Assembly: GCA_025558095.1 (NCBI GenBank)
Contig: JAIVFI010000012.1
Span: forward strand, 186,001-250,000
Origin: Hyaloraphidium curvatum SAG 235-1
Taxonomy: Eukaryota; Fungi; Monoblepharomycota
Direction of reading: 5' to 3'
Length of the DNA stretch: 64,000 bases
The translations under genes and the position numbers were made by a program. The notes below the pieces were generated by a model. The model was not told the DNA's origin, searched no databases, and saw only the letters and a program-made list of their open reading frames with translations. Positions 56,781 through 64,000 of the stretch are shown here, piece by piece. Numbering within the stretch: the first letter of the stretch is position 1; each line of letters begins with the position of its first letter.

Positions 56781-58335
56781 ATGGCTCGCATCTGGCTCGG
56801 CGTGGCTCTCATCGCGCTCGCCGCGGCAACGGCGCCCGTCGCCGAGTGCACCGCCCCTGCCGGCGCGCCGTGCCTGGCCTCGAGCATCGTGGCGTGCGCC
56901 TCGGGCTGCTGCCACAACGGCACCTGCGCGGCGTGGGACAGCTGCTTCGCCGCGCGGGTGCCCGGGTCCGATGGCGCACCGTGCACTGCGAGCGACCCCG
57001 GGCAGTGCGCGACCGGGTGCTGCGTCGGCGGGGCTTGTGCCGCAGCAAGCGCGTGTTATGGGACGGATCCATCGGTGGGCTTGCAACATTCGAGGCCCAC
57101 ACATCGACATGCCACTGAACTGGCCGCGCGAAGACAATGTTCGTCCAGAGCGCCTCGGGCGCGGTCATCTCCATCAAGGATTTTCGCGCGGCATGGCCAT
57201 TCACCGTTGAACTGACGGGAGCAAACGCGAAGACGACGTGGTTTACGGACCGCCCCGTCAGAAGCGCCGGGCGAGTGACTAACGACAAGTTCTTGGGCAC
57301 GATTGGAGACACGACAAACAACCCGCTGAATGCGGTGCTCTTGGCTGCCATCAACGGCTCTTCGCGGGACCAAGTGAGGCTCAATATGTTTCAACTGGAC
57401 GATTCGCTAATCGACGGCTGCAGATGATTGTCGTCCAGCTCGCCAACGGCCGCGCAAATGGCACCACCATCAAATACGAGTCGCGAATGCTTCGAAGCAT
57501 CGACAGGCACCCGCCGTCTTCGAAAATTGCAAAATTCCGGACTGAACTGATTACCAATGTCGCAAAGACGGGCACGGAGCTGTACCTCGACTTTGGGCCG
57601 AACCGCCGGCTGAACCTGACGAACGTGGAGCTGTTTATCGACGACTGCCCGTCGAACGTGCCGTTCTACTGCTGCACCGGTGCCGCATGTCAGTACAACG
57701 GGTATGAATTTCCACAATCTATGGACGACACGTACGGGTTGTCGGACGATGCGCCGTACTTTGCTTGCCCGACAAACGCAATCGGCGTTGTCGTGTCCAA
57801 CGCTTGCTGGTGAATACGCGACCAACTGCCTGTGCCTTACGTTATTAATGTGCCGTTATCTAGGTATGGGTCCGGCCCTAGTTCCAGCCAAGATGGCACC
57901 GGCTGCGTGGCCTGCAACGCACAGTCGATTGCAGCCACTTGCACCAGCACCTTTGGCTCGCAATGCGGCACCTCTGGATGCGCCTCGTCGTGGGTCCCGG
58001 CTTACAAGCCCAACTTCATCTGCTGCCCCTACTCGAGCGAGACGTGGCTCGCCGCCTCCGACTCCGGCGACATCCCGTGCGACAACGAATGCCCCGTGGG
58101 ATCGCCGGCCTACATCCCTTGCCCACCGCCACCACCCGTGCCTCCCACCCCTCCTCCTCCACCGTGCAACGTATGCAGCTTGGAGTGCCCAAAGTCAGAC
58201 TGCTGCAACATGTCCACATGTGAACCCGCAGACTGCTGCACGGCATGTGCCGCAAATTGCCCCGATTACTGCTGGACGAATTCGGATTGCGGCAACACTT
58301 TTCCGTGCACGGGTGAAACAAGCAACTGCACTTGA
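56781..58335 (+). CDS. Secreted cysteine-rich modular protein with a central globular domain and poly-Pro linker
   Basis: Signal peptide; two C..CASGCC..G.C modules; central MFVQSA..WFTDRPVRSAG..PLNAVL..VELFIDD domain; Cys-rich tail; three introns (~57075-57133, ~57374-57423, ~57810-57863). Confidence 0.82.
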
Positions 58336-58459
58336 AGGGCCGGTGGATTTGGAGCCTATAGAGTATAGAGTTAGAGAAGGCGCGGGAAGGAAAAGAGGAG
58401 AACCGGGGACCTGGGAGCTCTGTGTTAGGATATTGTGAAATGACATAGGATTTGTAAAA

Positions 58460-58582
58460 CCTGCATGAAGGGCAACGCGGCCATCTATACAGCTTTTAGG
58501 GAGAAAGGATACCGATTTCTGGCAGCCGCCGATGCGGCCTAATGTATTGTAGACGTTCAAGCGCATTAGATCCGTCAGACGT
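58460..58582 (+). repeat. Third copy of the retroelement 3' tail (reverse complement of 55043-55163)
   Basis: CCTGCATGAAGGGCAACGCGGCC..TTTTAGGGAGAAAGGATACCGATTTC..GATGCGGCCTAATGTATTGTAGACGTTCAAGCGCATTAGATCCGTCAGACGT. Confidence 0.93.
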
Positions 58583-58594
58583 AGAAAGCGGCCA

Positions 58595-58924
58595 TGCCGT
58601 TATCTCGCTGCAGACGATTATCGCCGCGACGACTCTGACGGACACCCTTCGCACGACCAAGAAGCGTTGTGCCGCGGTGAGCAGCACGGCTTGCTTGATC
58701 GGGATCCGCGCTGACCTGCCCTCTCGCTGCAGACGATGGCCTCCCCGACGACGCTGATGGACACCGTGCGGATTACCGAAACGCTCCTGGTGCCCACCGT
58801 GAGCTGCCTCGAGGTGCTCACTGGCTCTGCGCTGATCTTTCTTTCCTGGCCCGTGACCGTGACCGTAACGAAAAACGACCGGCGCCGCGCGCGGCGCAAC
58901 TTCTGGCGTCTCCTTGCGGAGTAG
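58595..58924 (+). pseudogene. Diverged 3' fragment of a paralogue of the Thr-rich micro-exon gene
   Basis: Exons TIIAATTLTDTLRTT and TMASPTTLMDTVRITETLLVPT, the same intron family (GTGAGC..GCTTGCTTGATCGGG..CGCTGACC..GCAG), and tail TVTKNDRRRARRNF. Confidence 0.85.
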
Positions 58925-59157
58925 CTTCTACGGGGGCAAAAGGGGTCGCATCCGCCTAGTCTTTGTCAGTCCAAGCAATCTTCTTTTGGTTTCGCGGTCC
59001 GCTGCCGATCCAATCCGATCCGTTGCCGCTCGGGTCTCCCGCTAGCCGCGCGTGCGACGAGCTACACCCCGTCGACGGGGACAAGAGGCACCCGTCCCTG
59101 AGCGTACTGCTGAACTGCCCTGACCTCGCAAAGTGCATCGGCATCCTTCCGTGCCGC

Positions 59158-59985
59158 TCACGCTTTCGCCTTTAGCTTCCCGCCGAGCACACCCTGCTCC
59201 TCCCACGCCTCATCCAAGGTCATCCCTCCCTTGCTCGGGTAGACCCTCCCGACGCCCGTGATGAAGATCCCGCTGTCCAGCCGATGCAAGACGTAGGCCG
59301 CGCATTCCCGCAGCAGCACCCCGTCCGCAGCCTCCACCCCCTCAACGATCACGTGGACGACGCCCATGTGCGGCCCGTACGCCACGACGCGGGAGGTGAC
59401 GGGGCGGAAGGTGTGCAGACCCCGCCGGCGCAAGAAGGCGCTCATGCCGCTGAGCATCGAGAAGTCTTCCACGGTTTCGACGCGGTCGGTCTTGTCGGCC
59501 CCCGAGAGCATGATGGGGTACGCCGAGTCGCGGAAGTTTTCCAGCCCGATGCAACCGAGGATCACGCCCGCGAGGTTGGAAAAGTGGCGCTCGAGCACAT
59601 GTGCCGAGAAGCCGGCGGCGGCGGGCGCCAGGGCCGCCCGGTCCGGGAACGGCGCGCGCGCGCGGTGCGCGGCGCCCGCGACGATCCGCCCGGCGAGGCG
59701 GTGAAGCACCAGCACTGCGCGCTCTTCGCCGAGATCCGCGCCATCCCGGCCTTTGAACCGCAGCGAGGCCCGGACGATCGCAAAGTTCGGGTTGCAGGCA
59801 AACTCGGCCTCGGCCGACGCGACATCGCAGCGAGCGGTCCCCGGCGGCAGCGTCCTCCGAATCGCGGAAACGTGGTCGCCGAGATCCTTGGGGGAGACAA
59901 CGACAGGAAGGGCTCCAGGGAGGAGCGTCGCGTAGAACGGCACGCCGTGGAATGCCGCGAGGTCCGGCTCCGCGTCCACGCCCAA
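59158..59985 (-). CDS. Hypothetical protein, possibly two tandem NTF2/SnoaL-like domains (start not resolved)
   Basis: 275-codon ORF with coding-like codon use; internal similarity AVLVLHRLAGRI / AAYVLHRLDSGIFITG. No in-frame ATG near the 5' end, so an upstream exon is likely. Confidence 0.55.
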   Translation of the reverse strand: MGVDAEPDLAAFHGVPFYATLLPGALPVVVSPKDLGDHVSAIRRTLPPGTARCDVASAEAEFACNPNFAIVRASLRFKGRDGADLGEERAVLVLHRLAGRIVAGAAHRARAPFPDRAALAPAAAGFSAHVLERHFSNLAGVILGCIGLENFRDSAYPIMLSGADKTDRVETVEDFSMLSGMSAFLRRRGLHTFRPVTSRVVAYGPHMGVVHVIVEGVEAADGVLLRECAAYVLHRLDSGIFITGVGRVYPSKGGMTLDEAWEEQGVLGGKLKAKA

Positions 59986-60196
59986 TGCCGCACCCCCCGC
60001 GGCCTGATTCTAGGCATATCTCGAGCTTAAATATAGATGCGGAGCAGCTGATGCCGATTAGTTTGTGCGTGAGGGGCCGGGGAACGGGTTTGTGCGCCAG
60101 GGGAGTGTCTACCCCTTGGGAACGTCTCAAAACCCAAACACTCGTTCGCGTCCCCAGTTCGACGCAGCGAAGCTTTCGCCGGCATTGTGAGGGACA

Positions 60197-61798
60197 ATGG
60201 ACTCGCTGCTGACGCCCGGAGAATGGCTCGTGGTCCTTCCGGCGCCGCCGAGTTCCGGGGAATCGGGCCTGCCCGCCGTGTCCCCGCCGCCAGGCGACCC
60301 CGCCGCCGCCGCGCGCGACGCATCCCCGCTGACGCGGGCCAAGTTCCTCCGCCTGCTCGCGCCGCTGCCGGCCCTGCGCCTGAAGGCGCGGCTCAGCTTC
60401 GCCGTGCAGCCGCTGATCGACCTCGGCGCGTTCCGCCAGATGTTCTACGCCGCGGCGTCGTGCGCCATGTTCGCGGGAAACTGGGTGTTCAACGACGGGC
60501 GGTTCGGCACGCGGCAGCTGGTCGCGGGAACGATCGCGTACGCCGTGTCGAGCTTTGGGGTCACTCTCGCGCTGGTGGCATCCCTGGCTGTCGCTGCGGC
60601 CATGGAAAGGAGCTATGCGTACAGCTCTTGGCGCGTTCTTGCCCCGGCGCGCTCGGGTGGCGGGCGGAAGAAGGTCCACGGAGCAGAGGAGACCCTGGAC
60701 GACCACGCTTTTGCGGGGCTGGCGAGGTGGCTCGACCTCGCCGGCGCATCTGCTCGGGATGGCTCCCCGGCCCAAGAGGAGGGCGCCCGGGACGCCGGCA
60801 AACCGCTTCCGCACCTCCTGAGGCACATTCCTTTCGACAAGCTCTGCCCGTGCCCGGCTCCCGGCTGCGCGGGGCAGCTCCCGTCCCACATCGAGCTGAC
60901 CGAGATGCTCGTCACGTTTTCCATCGCCTCCTGCTTCGGCCTCGCCCTCTGGCTCACCGCCCAGTTCTCCCCGATATTCACCTTTGCTGCGCGGTCCTGG
61001 AGCACACCCTGGTTCTGCGCTCTGTTCGCTGTTTCCCTGCTCGCCATGCTCGGATGGAACGTCGTCTCGACCCTCGCCATGGGGATGTACAACTTTGGCA
61101 ACGTCCGCCTGGAGCTGCGGGTGCAGCACCGGGCGACCACCGTTGCACTCGGCGACCTGATCGCGGGCTACCGCGGTGCCGTGGAAGCTGCGGCCGCCGG
61201 TCTCCCGTACGCCGATCCCGGCGTTGATGCTCCGCCTTCCGCGGCGTACTACGGCCTCCAGTCGCTCCTGATTTCCAGGCTGGATCGCCGCGGGAAGACG
61301 ATCACGACCTTCTCGTTGGGCGCCCTGGTCGTGGAGCTTGTTTCCGCCGCGATCAACATCGTGAGTTTCACCGATGCTTTTTGGGCACGCTTCCTCAATC
61401 TGGGCATGACCAGCTTGGAGGATCGTGCGTGACCCTCAACCAGCTCCTCTCCATCGTCTTCACCTTCATCATCGTTTCGCTGGACCTCACGACCCTCGCC
61501 TTTGCCAACTCCCAGATCGAGCAGATCACCGCCCTGCACCGCCAGGCCCGCCGCACGATGCGGGAGCTGCACGCCCTCCCCTCCCCCCCCCGCCCTGTCG
61601 CGCGCCATCGCCGCGCACATCGAGCTCCTCGGCTCCTGCACCGAGCTGGACGAGGGCCGCGCGACCCTGTTCGGGGTGCCCGTGACGTTCGGCATCGTGC
61701 GCGCGGTGGGCGTGGCGGCCTTCACGGTCGGGATCGGGCTGTGGTCCGCGCTGAGGACGAGCGTGTTCCTTACGGTGCAGAGCGTGTGCCCGTCGTAG
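60197..61798 (+). CDS. Multi-pass membrane protein, candidate 7TM gustatory-receptor-like (GRL/7TMIC) protein; apparent +1 frameshift in the C-run at ~61577-61591
   Basis: ~7 hydrophobic segments; intron ~61361-61413; C-terminal ATLFGVPVTFGIVRAVGVAAFTVGIGLW. Confidence 0.65.
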
Positions 61799-62110
61799 CG
61801 TGCGTGTTGGTACCGGAACAACACGCTGCTCATGGGGACGTCCGGTGGCCCAGGCGGGACGCCAACTCGGCCCCGGCCCGCATCGCCCGCACGCCCGCAC
61901 GCCCGCCAGCACCGCCGCCCTACCCGCGTCCCCGTCCCGGTCCTCCGAAAGGTGGAACTGCCAGCACCGCGGGAGAGGAGGCGAACCTACTGCGGAACGC
62001 TCGAAACCCACCTGACGCGGAGTCCGAGCACCCGCCGAAACGGAATTAGAAATCCGCGGCCTTCAATGGCGCAGCGAACGAGATTCCATCCCGTTCGTGT
62101 GCCTGGAGGT

Positions 62111-62548
62111 CTATGAGCCGACCGGCCGCTCCCCGAGCGCCTCGGCGAGCCGGAGCAGGTACCCGTCCGGATCCTGCACCAGGAGCTGTCGCTGCCCCCT
62201 CTCGACCTTTCCCGTACGGTACCATTTCTCCTCCGGCTCCATGAACAACGGCCAGCCCGCGGCGGCGAGGCGCTCCAGCACCGGCCCGACCGCGGGGACA
62301 AAGATCTGCAGGTTGACCCCGCGCCCCAGGGGCGGCTCCAGGGGTCCCGTCACCCAGTTCCTTCTGTCGGAGCTGCGCGCCTCCAGCATCACCTGCGCGC
62401 CGGCGAGGTCCAGGAACGCGAAGCCATCCTCGCGGCGGTCGTACAGCACTTCGAAGCCGACCAGGTCGCGCCAGAAGGCGAGGCTGCGCGCCAGGTCCGA
62501 CACGAGGAGCTCGGGGACGAGCGGGGCCAGCGCGATGCCCGCGGGCAT
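62111..62548 (-). CDS. VOC/glyoxalase-bleomycin resistance family protein, intronless
   Basis: LVPELLVSDLARSLAFWRDLVGFEVLYDR, PLGRGVNLQI, EKWYR, GQRQLLVQDPDGYLLRL. Confidence 0.9.
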   Translation of the reverse strand: MPAGIALAPLVPELLVSDLARSLAFWRDLVGFEVLYDRREDGFAFLDLAGAQVMLEARSSDRRNWVTGPLEPPLGRGVNLQIFVPAVGPVLERLAAAGWPLFMEPEEKWYRTGKVERGQRQLLVQDPDGYLLRLAEALGERPVGS

Positions 62549-62867
62549 TGCTCGAGGGAGGCGTTGGAACGAAAGGAATCGCGGGGAGCGCGCGAGGGCC
62601 GTCCCGGCTCGAGGCCAATCGCAGCAGTTCGCCGGCGGTGGCTCAACTCGGCCTCGCACGGGTGGCAGGAGGAAACAAAAGACGCGTTCAGCTCGCGCGG
62701 CAAGAGGCAGCGGACGCGATGGGGCCGGTCGTCGGGACGGAAGACGGGAACGCGGCCTGCTTCGCCACCAGTCAGCTGCGATGGAATGACCTTCGGATCC
62801 CGACGAAAACGCCCCCGAGATCCGCATTCGGCCGTCGACATTCATTCATTGTACAGGAACACGCCCG

Positions 62868-63829
62868 TTAGTCGTAGGCCCCCTGCTTGTGATCCCCCAG
62901 CAGCCTCCTCTGCCTCGGGTTCGCGTGCTCCACGACGTGCGGCGCAAACTGCCACCGCATGTACGGGCTGAACTGCTGCGCGACCACGCGGCGGCCGTAG
63001 TGGTTCTGCAGGAGGTAGCGCACGCCCTCGGAGGTGTTGATGCCGCCGCTGTGCCAGAGCTCGGAGCGGAAGAAGAGCACGTCGCCGGCCTTGACGAGGA
63101 CGGGTTCGAGGCCTGGGGCGGCGGGCGGCGGTCAGTGCCCGCGCATGGGTGGACGGCGGCCCGAGCAGACCAACCTCTGCCCCGCCAGGTGATCGGCTTC
63201 TCGAACCGCTCCCTGACGCGGTAATCCCGCCCCGGAACCAAGGAGCGCCCGCTCTTGTGGGAACCGGGAATGACGTACGTCGGCGCCTGTGCCTCGCTGT
63301 CCACATCCGACAGGTAAAAGTGCGCCGTGCACAGCATCACGGGCAGCTTCACCCTCCCCGCCACGAGCAGCTCCTCCGGCGCCCCCTCCCCCGCCGCGGA
63401 ATCGAAGAACACGCGGTCCGTGTGCGGGTTCGCGCCGTCGTGGCCCTTCCGGCTGCGCCAGGCCGATTGGCCGATGGCGTGGCAGTCGGATCCCATCGCG
63501 GCTTCGGCGAGGGAGACGACGGGCTCGCGGTCGAGGAGGTCGAGGAAGACGCGGTCCCGGTTGAAGACGCACTTGTAGTGGTCCGTCGGGCCGGTGAGAT
63601 GGCGGTCCCAGGCGAAGCCGGAGAGGCGGTCGATGGCGTCGCGCAAATCGGAGCATTCCGCGGGGGTCAGCACGCCGGGGACGAGGGCGAAGCCGTCCGC
63701 GTGGAGGGCGTCCAGCATGGCCGCGACGTCCGAGTGGTCGAATGTGCGCTGGAGGTAGCGGAACTCGCCGCCCGAGACGTGAGAGCGCACCGCGTCGAGG
63801 CGCGAAAGGGCGGGGGGGTCGCGGTCCAT
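62868..63829 (-). CDS. Phytanoyl-CoA dioxygenase (PhyH) family protein
   Basis: DGFALVPGVLT, PHTD (HxD), FYLSDV, PTYVIPGSHKSG, KAGDVLFFRSELWHSG..N..R; one intron ~63113-63170. Confidence 0.9.
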
Positions 63830-64000
63830 CGTGACCCAGGAAGACAGGAGCGGCCCGGAATCCGAACACCCGCGATTTGGTCGATTCTCTCGCAAGTCTA
63901 GCGACGCGCCGATGAGCGAACTGTGCCTGACACCGGCGGGAGACAGGAAAGCGGGCCAACTCGAGATTCGATTTAGGGATTTCCCGCCCAACGCAAGCGC

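Noticed and set aside
63971-63980. TTTAGGG as telomeric repeat or telomere-targeting evidence for the CRE element (also inside the retro tail)
   Set aside because: Isolated single copies; no tandem telomeric array.
1-64000. Bacterial origin or contamination of the contig; rRNA/tRNA genes
   Set aside because: Pervasive spliceosomal introns and fungal-specific genes are interleaved with the bacterial-like ones. No rRNA or tRNA signature was recognised by eye; tRNAscan-SE/Infernal would be needed to exclude them.

Overview
This is GC-rich eukaryotic DNA, gene-dense, with many short (~50-65 nt) GT-AG introns carrying CTGAC/CTAAC-type branch points, so most six-frame ORFs are exon fragments or antisense shadows. 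A Zn2Cys6 transcription factor, a fungal-type aspartokinase and an MNN2-type mannosyltransferase indicate a fungus; an early-diverging chytrid/Monoblepharidomycota-like lineage is my inference. (1) 1-10.1 kb looks accessory/mobile: a large multi-exon orphan gene, a divergent HMG-box gene, a CRE-clade non-LTR reverse transcriptase fragment with a non-canonical active site, and a possible Ulp1 remnant. (2) 10.2-26.6 kb holds an aspartokinase, a 2OG-Fe(II) oxygenase, and two inverted ~2.4-kb propionyl-CoA synthetase copies (the second frameshifted, with patchwork identity). These copies flank a ~7.9-kb cassette of mannosyltransferase, bacterial-type glutaminase, Zn2Cys6 TF and ankyrin protein. 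(3) 27-52.3 kb is rich in oxidative and lipid enzymes (TfdB-like flavoprotein, two P450s, BVMO, GST-fold protein, epoxide hydrolase, TMEM53-like hydrolase, sterol desaturase, enoyl-CoA hydratase), several ending in PTS1 signals. (4) 53-59 kb holds a secreted Thr-rich gene built from tandemly duplicated phase-0 micro-exons, an RLE retrotransposon 3' remnant whose tail occurs three times, a Cys-rich secreted gene between two tail copies, and a partial copy of the Thr-rich gene. (5) 59-64 kb holds a hypothetical protein, a multi-pass gustatory-receptor-like candidate, a VOC protein and a PhyH dioxygenase. I saw no rRNA, tRNA or CRISPR. All family assignments come from motif recognition by eye, without database searches, and exon boundaries were placed manually.
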